Shown here: one piece after another, positions 1-10,077 of the stretch
How positions within the stretch are numbered: position 1 is the stretch's first letter
How the letters are laid out: the number at the start of each line of letters is the position of its first letter
Origin: a virus
Taxonomy: Duplodnaviria > Caudoviricetes
IMG/VR virus record: IMGVR_UViG_2563366756_000009
Span: 1-64,000 of that record
Length of the DNA: 64,000 bases
Direction: 5' to 3' (one strand)
Program-made: the position numbers and the translations under genes
Notes under the pieces: generated by a model
Told to the model about the DNA's origin: nothing
The model's database searches: none
The model's input: only the letters and a program-made list of their open reading frames with translations

Positions 1-2496
1 TCACCTTGCGAGCAGCGCTGTCATGGAGAAGAGCTGCGCGAACATGGGGACAGTCATCAGTAGCGTCAGCGCCGCGCCGGTTGCCAGAAGCACCAGCCAG
101 AGATAAGGGTTGCGCTGACCTGCGCCCGCAACAATGTGCCTGTGGTTCATCACGCGAACGACGAAAATCAACGCGACATTGCCTAAGACGAGTGACAGAA
201 AGCCGTAGGTGCGGGCAATGGTTGGATCCAGGCCGCGATAAACCAGCAGTGCATAGACACCGAGCACGGCAAGAGCAACGATGGCGCCAATCGCGAAGCA
301 CTGGATCATTGCCTTGCCCGGCAGCAACGCAATGCCGCCAGCTCGGGGCGGCCGGCGCATCAAGCCGTCGCGCTCCGGCTCATTTTCAAAGACGAGCGAA
401 CATACGGGATTGATGATCAATTCCAGAAAGACAATGTGTACCGGCCCAAGAAGGGGGGGCCAGCCGAAGATGATCGGGATCATCACGGCGCTCACCATCG
501 GAACGTGAACGGCGACCGTGTAGCTGATCGCCTGAACGAGGTTGTCGTAGATGCGACGACCCAGGCGGATCGCGGTGACGATTGGCGCGAAGTCGTCTCG
601 CAGCAGAATCAGTGACGCAATCTCGCGTGCGGCCTCGGCACCGCGATTGCCCATCGCGATACCAATGTGAGCCGACTTGAGCGCAGGTGCATCGTTGACG
701 CCGTCTCCCGTCATGGCGACCACGTCGCCGCGCGCTTTGAAAGCTTCGACAAGCCTTAGCTTTTGTTCCGGCCGGATGCGCGCGAAGACACTGGTCGTGA
801 GAAGCGCATTTTGAAGCGATGCATCGTCCATCGTGTTTAGCGCCTGACCGGTCAGCAGGTGCCGGGGGTCGATGCCGACCTCCGATGCAATCGCTCGTGC
901 CGTGGACGGGTAATCCCCTGTGATCATCACGACCCGAATACCTGCTGCACGGCAATCGCCGATCGCTGCGGCCGCATCGGGGCGCACCGGGTCCATCAGA
1001 CCGACCAGTCCGACGAAACTGAAATCGAACGCGTGCGGGTCTGTGGGCCACGGTGAGCCGGGATGATTTGCCTTGGCCACACCAAGCACGCGCAGTCCGC
1101 TGGACGCCATGCGTTCGGCTTCGGCAAGGATTGCTTCGCTGCCGGCACCGTCGAGATGACAGAGCGTACAAACGGCTTCTGGTGCCCCTTTGCATGCGAT
1201 GGCGTGGTGCCCGCGCTCAGGTGCGTGCCATGCGTGCGCCATTGCGGGCAATGCCGACGATAGTTCGTATTCATGGACGAGCGTCCAATCGGTATGCAGG
1301 TGCTCCGCCGGGCGGAGAAATTGACGGCTTGTCTGGTGAAAGGCGCGTTCCATCGGATCGACGGGCTCAATCTCACTGGCGAGGACCAGGTATTCGAGCA
1401 GTTCCTTCAGTGACTCGTCGATTTGCGGTGTGTTCGCATCAATGATCTGTTTCCGCCCTCCGGCCCAAAGGACGCGAACGGACATCAGGTTTTGAGTGAG
1501 TGTGCCGGTTTTGTCGACGCACAATACCGTGGTCTGGCCGAGTGTTTCGATCGCATTCATGCGACGCGTCAGAACGCCGGCGGAGACAATGCGGCGTGCG
1601 CCCAACGCCATGAACACCGTCAGAATCACGGGAATTTCTTCCGGCAGGATTCCCATTGCCAGCGAGATGCCGGCCAGCACGCCGGGCAGCCAGCTATCGT
1701 AGCGCCATCGATAGAGCACGACCAATGCTGCGCACAGCAGTATCGCGAGCATGGCGAAACGCTTGACGAAAAGGCCCGTCTGAATTTGTAGCGGCGAGCG
1801 GCCTTCCTCGATGGTCGACAGCGACTTGCCTATCCGCCCAAGCGCCGTTTGCGCGCCTATCGCGCTCACCGTCATCCAAGCCTGACCCCGCACCACCATC
1901 GAACCGAAAATGAGCCGATTATCTTCACTGTCGATCGCGCTCTTTGCGACCGCCTCCGATTCCCCTGTCAGCAGTGACTCGTCAACGCACAGACCATGGA
2001 CTTCGACGACGACGCCGTCTGCGGGAATCCGTGCACCTTCGTCGACGAAAACCAGATCGCCCGGCACCAGTTCGGCAGCGGATATCAAACGCCGCTCACC
2101 ATCTCGCAGCACCTGTGCACGCGGTGCAGACATTTCGCGAAGCGACGCCAGAACGCGCGCCGTTCGATGACTCTGCGCCGCCGTCAGGGCGACGATGGCG
2201 AGAACGAACCCAAGCAACAGGAAGGCTTCGGCCGCGTCGCCGATCACGAAATAGATCGCGCTCGCCGCGAGTAGCAGAATGAACATCGGCTCGCTCAGTA
2301 CGTCGCGAGCGGAATTCCACCAACTGTGGCCCTGCTGTGAATCGATGATGTTCTTGCCGAACTTGGCCCGCAGGCGCTCGACGTTTTCGCTAGAGAGACC
2401 TTGGCGAGCGGGGGCGCGAGGGCCCATGGCAACCGCCTCGCGCGCAGACATGTCGAGCGTGCCTGAATGCGGCTGAACGTCTGATGATTGAGGCAT
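1..2496 (-). CDS. Cation-translocating P-type ATPase (type II-like), host gene
   Basis: 831 aa; TGES actuator motif, DKTGTLT phosphorylation motif, TGD and GDGVNDAP motifs, multiple TM helices; stop codon at 1-3. Confidence 0.95.
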   Translation of the reverse strand: MPQSSDVQPHSGTLDMSAREAVAMGPRAPARQGLSSENVERLRAKFGKNIIDSQQGHSWWNSARDVLSEPMFILLLAASAIYFVIGDAAEAFLLLGFVLAIVALTAAQSHRTARVLASLREMSAPRAQVLRDGERRLISAAELVPGDLVFVDEGARIPADGVVVEVHGLCVDESLLTGESEAVAKSAIDSEDNRLIFGSMVVRGQAWMTVSAIGAQTALGRIGKSLSTIEEGRSPLQIQTGLFVKRFAMLAILLCAALVVLYRWRYDSWLPGVLAGISLAMGILPEEIPVILTVFMALGARRIVSAGVLTRRMNAIETLGQTTVLCVDKTGTLTQNLMSVRVLWAGGRKQIIDANTPQIDESLKELLEYLVLASEIEPVDPMERAFHQTSRQFLRPAEHLHTDWTLVHEYELSSALPAMAHAWHAPERGHHAIACKGAPEAVCTLCHLDGAGSEAILAEAERMASSGLRVLGVAKANHPGSPWPTDPHAFDFSFVGLVGLMDPVRPDAAAAIGDCRAAGIRVVMITGDYPSTARAIASEVGIDPRHLLTGQALNTMDDASLQNALLTTSVFARIRPEQKLRLVEAFKARGDVVAMTGDGVNDAPALKSAHIGIAMGNRGAEAAREIASLILLRDDFAPIVTAIRLGRRIYDNLVQAISYTVAVHVPMVSAVMIPIIFGWPPLLGPVHIVFLELIINPVCSLVFENEPERDGLMRRPPRAGGIALLPGKAMIQCFAIGAIVALAVLGVYALLVYRGLDPTIARTYGFLSLVLGNVALIFVVRVMNHRHIVAGAGQRNPYLWLVLLATGAALTLLMTVPMFAQLFSMTALLAR

Positions 2497-2540
2497 CTGC
2501 GTGGCGTCCGATCCGGAAGAAGATGCTCACGAATTCCGGT

Positions 2541-2545
2541 GTTGA
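2541..2545 (+). repeat. Left copy of 5-bp target-site duplication GTTGA
   Basis: GTTGA immediately precedes TGT at 2546; identical GTTGA follows ACA at 38787-38791. Confidence 0.9.
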
Positions 2546-2571
2546 TGTGGGGAGGTGGGCATTTTGATACC
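2546..2571 (+). repeat. Left terminal imperfect inverted repeat / first transposase site
   Basis: TGTGGGGAGGTGGGCATTTTGATACC vs reverse complement of right end TGTAGCGTGGCGCGCGATTTGACACC. Confidence 0.8.
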
Positions 2572-2817
2572 ACGTGAGAGTGGCAATTGAAAAGCCTAAA
2601 ACCCTTGATGGGCGGCGCCCTCCGGCATTTCTGCCCTCCCGCGTGACGCAGCCTCAATTTGCACGAAATGCCCTCGGAATGCACAGATTTCGCATAGGTT
2701 TTGCCCCCAAATTGCGGCCAAACTGCATATGGGTTGCGGCATATTGCGGGAGGTAGAAAGAACACGCTGTATTTCTTCCCAAGACATTGGCGCAGCGGGA
2801 TTTGTGGCGCTCCCGCG

Positions 2818-3040
2818 CCCTAGAGAGGTTGCCCACTAGAGGAACCGAAACTCCCCCCCACGTGGCTCATACTGCTTTCGAGTTGCAGACTACAACCCGA
2901 AAGTAGAGCAACAATCGGGAAATGGCTCGCAATCCCTAGAGATACTCAATAAAAATCAAAGACTTGCGCTTGATTCCCCTAGGCTAAACTCGTTGGGCAA
3001 CCCGAAACAACCCGAAAGTCCAGAGCTCCGGTTCATCTAG
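2818..3040. repeat. Cluster of short direct and inverted repeats in left-end non-coding region
   Basis: CAACCCGAAA at 2893, 2998, 3008; inverted copy CTTTCGAGTTG near 2875; GGTTGCCCA (2827)/TGGGCAACC (2994); five CTAG. Confidence 0.6.
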
Positions 3041-3097
3041 TAGGAACTATCGTTCGCCGCAGGGCCTATTCGGCTACGAACAATTAGGGGCCGACTC

Positions 3098-3466
3098 CTA
3101 CTTACCGTTGCCAGCCCGTTTTGCCGAGTGGGCCCCTTGTTCCGCCAATAGAACCCCCATCTGGTCCATTGCAGATCGGCCCTCTGGTGATGAGTGTTCA
3201 TAGTTGTCCAAGAGGGCACGTGCACGATTCGAAATAGAGCACTGCGCGTTTGCCGCCCTCTTTCCCGTCAAGACGTATAGAACATCCGCTCCCGTGTCTG
3301 CGAGCGACGCCAAATATTGAGCATCCGGACTCCGCTCCCCCTTTTCGTAATTCTGCTGTGATCGAAGGCCAACACCGCAAGCATCGGCAAGCGCTTGCTG
3401 CGACATACCTAGGCGCTCTCGTTCCTCTTTCAGGCGGACAAAAATTTTATGCATGATTGTGCGCAA
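3098..3466 (-). CDS. Phage repressor, XRE-family HTH (start may be ATG at 3454)
   Basis: RLKEERERLGMSQQALADACGVGLRSQQNYEKGERSP HTH; divergent from ner as in Mu. Confidence 0.9.
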   Translation of the reverse strand: MRTIMHKIFVRLKEERERLGMSQQALADACGVGLRSQQNYEKGERSPDAQYLASLADTGADVLYVLTGKRAANAQCSISNRARALLDNYEHSSPEGRSAMDQMGVLLAEQGAHSAKRAGNGK

Positions 3467-3532
3467 AAATACACTTGCCGTTACGCACGATTGTGCGTAA
3501 TATGAACTTCACACGACGAATGATCGTGCGTA
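3450..3532. promoter_or_regulatory. Early promoter Pe with three repressor operators
   Basis: TTGCCG(3475)-17 bp-TAATAT(3498); GAT(T/C)GTGCG repeated at 3455, 3489, 3522; central copy lies in the palindrome TACGCAC-GATT-GTGCGTA. Confidence 0.75.
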
Positions 3533-3562
3533 GTTCAACAAGTTTACTCAAAAGGGAGAGAC

Positions 3563-3805
3563 ATGCATCCGGAATTTATAAAAGCGGCCTTGCGAATCGA
3601 GGGATTTTCTGCTGCTCGCCTTGCTGATGAGTTAGGTGTTTCACGCTCAATGGTGACGCGGGTACTTGATGGAATTGCCCGCTCGCAACGGATTGAGGCC
3701 AGGGTGGCTGCGATTGTTGGTCGCCCCATTGAGGAGTTGTGGATCAGGGAGTCTAAGCCGACATTGCGCCGTCGACCGTGTGAATCCCCTGATATGGCAG
3801 CTTAG
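3563..3805 (+). CDS. ner: Ner-like DNA-binding protein
   Basis: MHPEFIKAALR...IEARVAAIVGRPIEELW, Ner/Nlp pattern, directly upstream of the transposase. Confidence 0.85.
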   Translation: MHPEFIKAALRIEGFSAARLADELGVSRSMVTRVLDGIARSQRIEARVAAIVGRPIEELWIRESKPTLRRRPCESPDMAA

Positions 3806-3819
3806 TTCAAGGCCGGCAT

Positions 3820-5949
3820 ATGCAAACAAAGTCGCACTACACGGCTGCAGAATTGGCTGCAATGCAACTTCAGGGGATGCCAATAACCGAACAAGGCGTT
3901 CGGTTACGCGCGAAGACGTCAGATTGGGCGTCGCGACTGCACTCCGGGCGTGGCGGCGGCCTAGAGTACGCCGTGACTTCTTTGCCAAAAGCAAGTCAAG
4001 AAGATCTGTTTCGACGCAGCGCGAGCGTAACTGCCGCTACGACGTCAAATCGGGTGGTGGATGGTTGTGATGTTACGGCCCAGTGGGACTTGCTTGTGAC
4101 CGACAAGCAACTGCTTTGCAGTCAGGCTCGCAAAGGCGTTTTAATCGCGCTTGAGCGGATTAAGGGCGAGTGCGGCGTGTCTCGTAACACGGCGATGGCG
4201 GTGTTGCTAGAGCGAGCTCGAAATGGGCTGCTTGACGATTCTCTGACCATGATGCTGCGCGCCGCCCGTGATCCGCGCGGCCGTAACGGTGACGGTTTCC
4301 CGAGCTTTACGACACTCAAGCGATGGTTGGGCAAAGAGAAAGTTGGTTCGCTGGTGCCAAAAACTGTGCAAAAAGACTTGTCCATCAAGCCTTGGTTTGC
4401 CGCCTGGCGGGAGATCCATAACGTCCCGGAGAACCCAACGGTTGTGCAATCGTATGCTCGGTTTGTAGCCGTCTATCGCGATCGCACCGATATCGCCTGG
4501 ACGATTCCCTCGATCCACCAGGTGCGTAGAGCCCTCGAAAAAATGGACCCTATAACCCGCGAAGCAGGTCGCAAAGGTCCTCGGGAACTCAAGAGCCTTT
4601 GCGCATTTGTTCGACGCACGTTCGATGAGCTGCAGCCCAACGATATCTGGACTGCGGACGGGCATACCTTCGACGCCGAAGTCCAGCATCCGCTGCACGG
4701 TCGTGCGTTTCGACCGGAAGTTACGTCGATTGTTGACATCGCCACCCGGCGCGGCGTGGGGTTCTCGATTGCACTCTCAGAGTCGAGTCTCGCAGTCCTC
4801 GACGCACTCAGCAATGCTGTAACGCGAGAAGGCGTCCTTGCGATGTTCTACGTCGACAACGGGTCCGGCTACCGCAATGCCATGTTGTCGGCTGCTGGCA
4901 CTGGCATGGCGGGCACGATCGGCTTCGAGATTCAGCACTCCCTGCCTTACAACTCGCAGGCACGCGGTGTCATCGAGCGTTTTCACAAGACGCTGTGGGT
5001 ACGTGCGGCAAAAGAGTTGCCCAATTACGTCGGGGCGGACATGGATCGCGAAGCGCGACAGGAGAACTTCAAGATCACGCGAGCGGCGATCAAGCAGGGC
5101 GGCGCGCTGCCATTGGTTGGCTGGGACCAGTTTTTGCAGTACTGCAACGAATGTGTCGCGCAATACAACGCTACGCCGCACAGTGCGCTCCCGAAGATTC
5201 GAGATCCCCAAACGGGCCGCATGCGCCATATGTCACCCGACGAGCGTCTTGCGGACTTTCGCGCAAAGGGCTGGGAGCCAAACATGCTGGGCGTCAACGA
5301 GGCCAAGCAGCTATTTCGACCGCGTGTGGAGCGCACGGTGCGCCGTTGCGAAATTCAGTTCTTGGGCAACCGTTATTTCGACCGAAGCCTCGAAATGTTT
5401 CACGGCGACATGGTGCACGTTGCCTATGACATTCACGACTCGGGCGTGATCTGGGTTTATCACCTGGACGGCCGATTCATCTGCACAGCCGATGCGGGAG
5501 CGAACGAGCGGCCCTATTTCCCTGTGTCGGTCGTTGAGCGAGCCCGAGAAAAGCGCGCGGATGCCAGAGAGCAGCGCCTGCAGCTCAAGCTCGACGAGGT
5601 GCAAGCCGAGCGTCGCGGACATCCGGCACTGCCGCTCCATACCCCGGAGTTCCTCGATATCCCAGGTTTGGGAAGGCTTTCCAGCGAGGATTTGCGGTCA
5701 CGGGTTATCGACGTGGAGAGCAGGGAGCCCGATGACACAGCGTGTGCGGCGAATGTCGTCGAGATTCCCGAAACGGCGGAACAACGCTTTGCCCGCTGGC
5801 AAGCACTGGACCGACAAATTGCAAATGGAGATATGCCAGACGAGCAGCAACTGAAATGGCACAGCCTGTATCAGTGCAGCAAAGAGTACGCAGCGCAAAA
5901 GCGCCGCGCCGAAGATGATGGCGAGTGGCAGCTCGCGAACCAAGGGTAA
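3820..5949 (+). CDS. MuA-like DDE transposase
   Basis: N-terminal Mu-type HTH; catalytic WTADGH / VDNGSGY / ARGVIERF; Mu transposase C-terminal domain. Confidence 0.95.
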   Translation: MQTKSHYTAAELAAMQLQGMPITEQGVRLRAKTSDWASRLHSGRGGGLEYAVTSLPKASQEDLFRRSASVTAATTSNRVVDGCDVTAQWDLLVTDKQLLCSQARKGVLIALERIKGECGVSRNTAMAVLLERARNGLLDDSLTMMLRAARDPRGRNGDGFPSFTTLKRWLGKEKVGSLVPKTVQKDLSIKPWFAAWREIHNVPENPTVVQSYARFVAVYRDRTDIAWTIPSIHQVRRALEKMDPITREAGRKGPRELKSLCAFVRRTFDELQPNDIWTADGHTFDAEVQHPLHGRAFRPEVTSIVDIATRRGVGFSIALSESSLAVLDALSNAVTREGVLAMFYVDNGSGYRNAMLSAAGTGMAGTIGFEIQHSLPYNSQARGVIERFHKTLWVRAAKELPNYVGADMDREARQENFKITRAAIKQGGALPLVGWDQFLQYCNECVAQYNATPHSALPKIRDPQTGRMRHMSPDERLADFRAKGWEPNMLGVNEAKQLFRPRVERTVRRCEIQFLGNRYFDRSLEMFHGDMVHVAYDIHDSGVIWVYHLDGRFICTADAGANERPYFPVSVVERAREKRADAREQRLQLKLDEVQAERRGHPALPLHTPEFLDIPGLGRLSSEDLRSRVIDVESREPDDTACAANVVEIPETAEQRFARWQALDRQIANGDMPDEQQLKWHSLYQCSKEYAAQKRRAEDDGEWQLANQG

Positions 5950-5982
5950 AGCAAGGACGAATGATGTCTACAACAGGAACGA

Positions 5983-6729
5983 ATGATGACGCAGCTTGAA
6001 CAGAAAAGTCAATGCGCGGGTGCTATCGCGCAAATTACAAACCTCGGACTGTGCGACGTGGCAATCGAGCGAGCGACCACGCGTAGCGCCAACCTACCGG
6101 GGCTGATCGGTTTCTATGGCCCGTCGGGCTGGGGCAAGAGCATGGCCGCAAACTATATCGCCAACACACGGCGTGCGCGTTACGTGCAGGCCAAGTCCGT
6201 GTGGACGAAAAAGCATTTTCTCAAGGCGGTGCTCTTCGAGATGGGGATTCTGCCCGCCGCCACGATGCCGGAAATGGTGGATCAAATCGCGGAAGAACTC
6301 GCCACCTCAAGGCGTCCGCTAATCATCGATGAGATGGACTATCTCGTCGCCCGCAAAGCAACAGATTTGGTGCGAGATCTGTACGACGCCAGCCATACGC
6401 CAATCATGATGATCGGTGAGGAGCGCCTGCCAGACAAGCTCAAGGAGTGGGAGCGAATGCACGGACGCGTCATGCATTGGGTTCCCGCCGAGCCGGTCAC
6501 TGTCGAGGATGTTTACAAACTGCGCCCGCTCTACTGCCCGAACATCAATATAGGCGAGGACTTGATGGCCCGACTGGTGGAACTCGCACACGGATCGGTT
6601 CGCCGTGTCTGCGTGAACCTGGAACGCATCCAGGAGGCCGCTATGGTGCAAGGTGTCGACACGATGACACTCGCAACCTGGGGGAAGCGCGAGCTTTACA
6701 CCGGCCAAGCGCCGAAGCGGAGGTTTTGA
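5983..6729 (+). CDS. MuB-like AAA ATPase
   Basis: Walker A GPSGWGKS, Walker B LIIDE; follows the transposase. Confidence 0.9.
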   Translation: MMTQLEQKSQCAGAIAQITNLGLCDVAIERATTRSANLPGLIGFYGPSGWGKSMAANYIANTRRARYVQAKSVWTKKHFLKAVLFEMGILPAATMPEMVDQIAEELATSRRPLIIDEMDYLVARKATDLVRDLYDASHTPIMMIGEERLPDKLKEWERMHGRVMHWVPAEPVTVEDVYKLRPLYCPNINIGEDLMARLVELAHGSVRRVCVNLERIQEAAMVQGVDTMTLATWGKRELYTGQAPKRRF

Positions 6730-6732
6730 TCC

Positions 6733-7356
6733 ATGGCACGCAAACCTGCTCATATCGAAATGGCTGGCGGCAAAGGCCCGCGCCAACGCGCCTGGGAAGC
6801 GATTCGTCAGAATGCCCCCGACTTCACTGTCCGCGAAATCGCTATGAAATCGGGCGCAGACAACGCCACAGTACGTACCTACGTTCAGTCGCTTGAGCGC
6901 GCTGGGGTGATCGAGGTGCTTAACGCCCCGAAAGTTATTGGAGAGCGCAAGCATTACCGCTTGGCCCGTAACACCGGTGTCGAAGCGCCCCGCGTAGATC
7001 GCCAGGGCAAACCGGTAACTGCCTCGCGCGGCAACGAAAACATGTGGCGGAGCATGCGCATCATGAAAGAGTTCACGCCGCAGCACTTGGCACAGCACGC
7101 CTCGAACGGTGATGTCAGTGTTTCGGAGGGAACCGCCCGCGCCTATGCTCAGGCGCTAGCGCGCGCGGGGTATCTGTCGGTGGTCGACCCTGGGCACAGT
7201 TTCATCCGTGGCAAGGGCGCGAAGCAAGCCCGTTACATGTTCGTGCCGTCCCGCAATACGGGACCGCGCCCGCCGATGATTCAGCGCAAGCGCTCAATCT
7301 ACGACCCCAATCTCGGAAAGGTAGTTTGGCAGGAGGCTCCAGACCATGACGAATGA
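6733..7356 (+). CDS. Tandem winged-HTH early protein
   Basis: Two repeated wHTH-like segments; coupled in early operon. Confidence 0.7.
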   Translation: MARKPAHIEMAGGKGPRQRAWEAIRQNAPDFTVREIAMKSGADNATVRTYVQSLERAGVIEVLNAPKVIGERKHYRLARNTGVEAPRVDRQGKPVTASRGNENMWRSMRIMKEFTPQHLAQHASNGDVSVSEGTARAYAQALARAGYLSVVDPGHSFIRGKGAKQARYMFVPSRNTGPRPPMIQRKRSIYDPNLGKVVWQEAPDHDE

Positions 7357-7696
7357 ACCTCTTTGGTTATGGATGCTTCGCAAGGCTGTTGATGCATCGT
7401 CGCAGGTCAAAGTGGCCAAGCGACTTGGCGTAGCCCGATCTGCGGTAAGCATGTCGCTGTCGGGCCGGTATCCCGCCAGCACCGCGCAACTGGAGCGCAA
7501 GATCATGGGGAAGCTGGGTGAGCCGCTACTGTGCCCGCACACACAAGCAGAAGTCACAGTGACTGATTGCTACCAGATCGGGGGCAGCGCCAAGCCGCCA
7601 GCAAACCGTCCCTTGGAACTGCCGCACTGGCACGCCTGCCAAGTGTGCCCTCACAGCGTGAAACGAAAAGGAGATGCCGGTGAAAAGAAGGATTAA
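7346..7696 (+). CDS. HTH protein with C-terminal Cys cluster
   Basis: SQVKVAKRLGVARSAVSMSLSGRYP HTH; C-x-x-C-like tail. Confidence 0.7.
   Translation: MTNEPLWLWMLRKAVDASSQVKVAKRLGVARSAVSMSLSGRYPASTAQLERKIMGKLGEPLLCPHTQAEVTVTDCYQIGGSAKPPANRPLELPHWHACQVCPHSVKRKGDAGEKKD
7665..7686 (+). repeat. 22-bp direct repeat copy 1 (RBS plus start codon)
   Basis: GAAAAGGAGATGCCGGTGAAAA, identical at 8116-8137. Confidence 0.9.
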
Positions 7697-8147
7697 CAAA
7701 TGCGGTTGCACAGTGCGACGGCACGACCGTCTGATTCAGTCGAAGGTATCGCGAGAGATCCGCGGTATCCGCCGGATGCCAGTTCGCAACGCCTACGGAG
7801 AACCCATCGCGATGAGTGAGCGCGATTGCATGTACCTGTGGATCCGCGACGGTCACTTAGAGGTGGTAGTCGATCCCTATACGCAGCGCGTTGGCGATAA
7901 CTCGCCGAACCATGACGAGAACCGCCGCGCACTGGAGACGCTGGTGGTATCCAGTTCACGCGTCACTCGCAGCGAATTTCGCTCATTGCATCGACTCGGC
8001 CGCACGTTTCTTACCGGACGGAAGATTGACTCGCATGGCCTCGCTTTCGACAAGGAGTGTTGGCTGCAAGTAGCAGCGGACTTGTGGAACGCTCAAGGGC
8101 GGGAATTCGTGATGAGAAAAGGAGATGCCGGTGAAAAACGAGACTAG
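7674..8147 (+). CDS. Hypothetical early protein flanked by 22-bp direct repeats
   Basis: 157 aa ORF with AAGGAG RBS. Confidence 0.6.
   Translation: MPVKRRINKCGCTVRRHDRLIQSKVSREIRGIRRMPVRNAYGEPIAMSERDCMYLWIRDGHLEVVVDPYTQRVGDNSPNHDENRRALETLVVSSSRVTRSEFRSLHRLGRTFLTGRKIDSHGLAFDKECWLQVAADLWNAQGREFVMRKGDAGEKRD
8116..8137 (+). repeat. 22-bp direct repeat copy 2
   Basis: Identical to 7665-7686. Confidence 0.9.
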
Positions 8148-8496
8148 TAATCAAGGAACAGCAGATCGAGATCGCGGGGCCTTGCAAGGTTTTCTTGCAA
8201 ACGCAGCGGTCGATAACTCTGTGGGGGCCGGCAATCAAGGCATGTGGCGAAGCGCAGTTTCGATTGCCTGCGCAATTGACGAACTCTGTGAGCGTGGCTT
8301 CGAGGCAATCGGCTTTCAGTCTTGCAATCACTCGACACCAACCATTCAGATTTGCGTGAACGCACAATGCGCCGCTCTGATTGAGCGAGGAGAGGCGACC
8401 TACTACTACGAGGGCTGGGGCAACGGAGTACGCATGCGCAAGGGGCAGTTTCACATAGGCCGCGTCCGCGTGATTTGGATCGAGAGAGGGAACTAA
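8125..8496 (+). CDS. Hypothetical early protein
   Basis: 123 aa ORF with AAGGAG RBS. Confidence 0.65.
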   Translation: MPVKNETSNQGTADRDRGALQGFLANAAVDNSVGAGNQGMWRSAVSIACAIDELCERGFEAIGFQSCNHSTPTIQICVNAQCAALIERGEATYYYEGWGNGVRMRKGQFHIGRVRVIWIERGN

Positions 8497-8555
8497 GGCG
8501 GTAGTAGGCGTTTTTTCTGGGGTCAAAATCAATGCAATTTATTTAGGAATCCTAT

Positions 8556-8978
8556 ATGAATAATACGAAAAATTTGCTCGCATACATCAAAAATCACCCC
8601 GGCCTAACGGCTGCGGAAATTGCCGAAGGTACGGACCTGACCACCGACCATGTGCTGGATTTGCTCGGTCCGGAGATCGAGCAGCAGCGGGTCCGAGTGG
8701 AACTGAAGCTGGCAACGCCCGTGGTGCCCATCCGCATCTACTTCGCGTCTGAACAGGTGGCAGAGGAGCTTACGACTGCTGAAGGGGGCGAGGCCAAAAG
8801 CGTCGTATATGCCGAAACGCGAACCGGTGCTTTGTGTTTCGGCTTCTTCCCGGACGGGCGAATGTCTATCGAAAAAGGCTCGCAAGCCGTGCATCTGACC
8901 GCCGACGAGAGCGCGCGTTTCTTCCGTTTCATCGGATCTATCAACGTTGAGCGGGCGATGGGCGCCCGCCACGCATAA
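8556..8978 (+). CDS. Hypothetical protein with N-terminal wHTH
   Basis: LLAYIKNHPGLTAAEIAE; RBS AGGA. Confidence 0.65.
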   Translation: MNNTKNLLAYIKNHPGLTAAEIAEGTDLTTDHVLDLLGPEIEQQRVRVELKLATPVVPIRIYFASEQVAEELTTAEGGEAKSVVYAETRTGALCFGFFPDGRMSIEKGSQAVHLTADESARFFRFIGSINVERAMGARHA

Positions 8979-8993
8979 GGGAGTATCAAAAAC

Positions 8994-9518
8994 ATGGCAA
9001 AAAAACCTCGCTTGAAGGCTGCTGCGCAGGCGTGGGCGGCTCAATCCGACGCCGACGTCGCCACGACCATCCGAGATATCGGTGACGTTAATCGCGAAGT
9101 CATTCGTTTGCAGGCGGCGATGAACGACGAAATCGCGATCATCACCCAGCGATACCAGGAGCAAATGTCTCCGTACCAGGAGCGTCTGCTTTCCATGCAG
9201 TCGGGGGTTCAGGTCTGGTGTGAGGCAAATCGGGAGCGTCTGACAGATGGCGGAAGGGTGAAGTCCCATAACTTCGTGACAGGCCAGATTCAGTGGCGTA
9301 TTCGTCCGCCTAGCTGCTCGGTACGCGGCGCGGATTCTGTGATCGAGCTGCTCAAGGTGCGAAGCCTGGATCGTTTCGTTCGCGTCAAGGAAGAGATCAA
9401 CAAAGAGGCAATCCTCAACGAGCCGGAAGCGGTCAAGGATGTGCCCGGCATCTCGATCAATACAGGCATCGAGGATTTTGTCATCGAACCGTTTGAGCAG
9501 ACCGCAGACGCTCACTGA
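8994..9518 (+). CDS. gam: Mu Gam-like host-nuclease inhibitor
   Basis: 174 aa; coiled N-terminus, WCEANRERLT...GQIQWRIRPPS...EEINKEAIL pattern of the Gam family. Confidence 0.9.
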   Translation: MAKKPRLKAAAQAWAAQSDADVATTIRDIGDVNREVIRLQAAMNDEIAIITQRYQEQMSPYQERLLSMQSGVQVWCEANRERLTDGGRVKSHNFVTGQIQWRIRPPSCSVRGADSVIELLKVRSLDRFVRVKEEINKEAILNEPEAVKDVPGISINTGIEDFVIEPFEQTADAH

Positions 9519-9579
9519 CCCGGAGCGAAATCAGATATGGCGTTGCTTCTGAAGTAACGCCTTTTCAATAGGTGAAAAA

Positions 9580-10077
9580 ATGTCTACCCCGGTAACAATG
9601 AGTTTTGAGAGCGATACGCACAAGGTTGTGCCTAGGCACCTAACGCCGGAAATGATCGCAGATGCGGTGATGAGCACTCTCATACCTGGGCCCGACACTG
9701 ACGCAGCGTTGGCGCGCGAAGCCGCCGCGCTAGTTCTATCCCGAATGGACAAAGGCGTCGGCATTGCGCTGGAAGCACTAATCACCGGCATAGCACCGAT
9801 GATTGCTGCGTATCGCAGCATGCTGGCGGTAGCTCCGTTACCGCTGAACCCCGGGTTCACCTGGGAATATGGCGAAGAACTGCAAGAAGCGCATGGCGAC
9901 GATACGTTTTACGACATCGTGTTCGATGGTCCAGCGGGCTCGCAGTCGGGACGATTCATAGAAGTCGAGAATCCGGAGGGGAAGTCCATATGCGTTGGCC
10001 GGTGGATTGATCGCGGTGACGGGCTTTGGGCATTTCGCATTCCGTCCCCTGCGGTTCAAAAGCGAGAAAAACAATGA
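9580..10077 (+). CDS. Hypothetical early protein
   Basis: 165 aa ORF in operon. Confidence 0.6.
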   Translation: MSTPVTMSFESDTHKVVPRHLTPEMIADAVMSTLIPGPDTDAALAREAAALVLSRMDKGVGIALEALITGIAPMIAAYRSMLAVAPLPLNPGFTWEYGEELQEAHGDDTFYDIVFDGPAGSQSGRFIEVENPEGKSICVGRWIDRGDGLWAFRIPSPAVQKREKQ

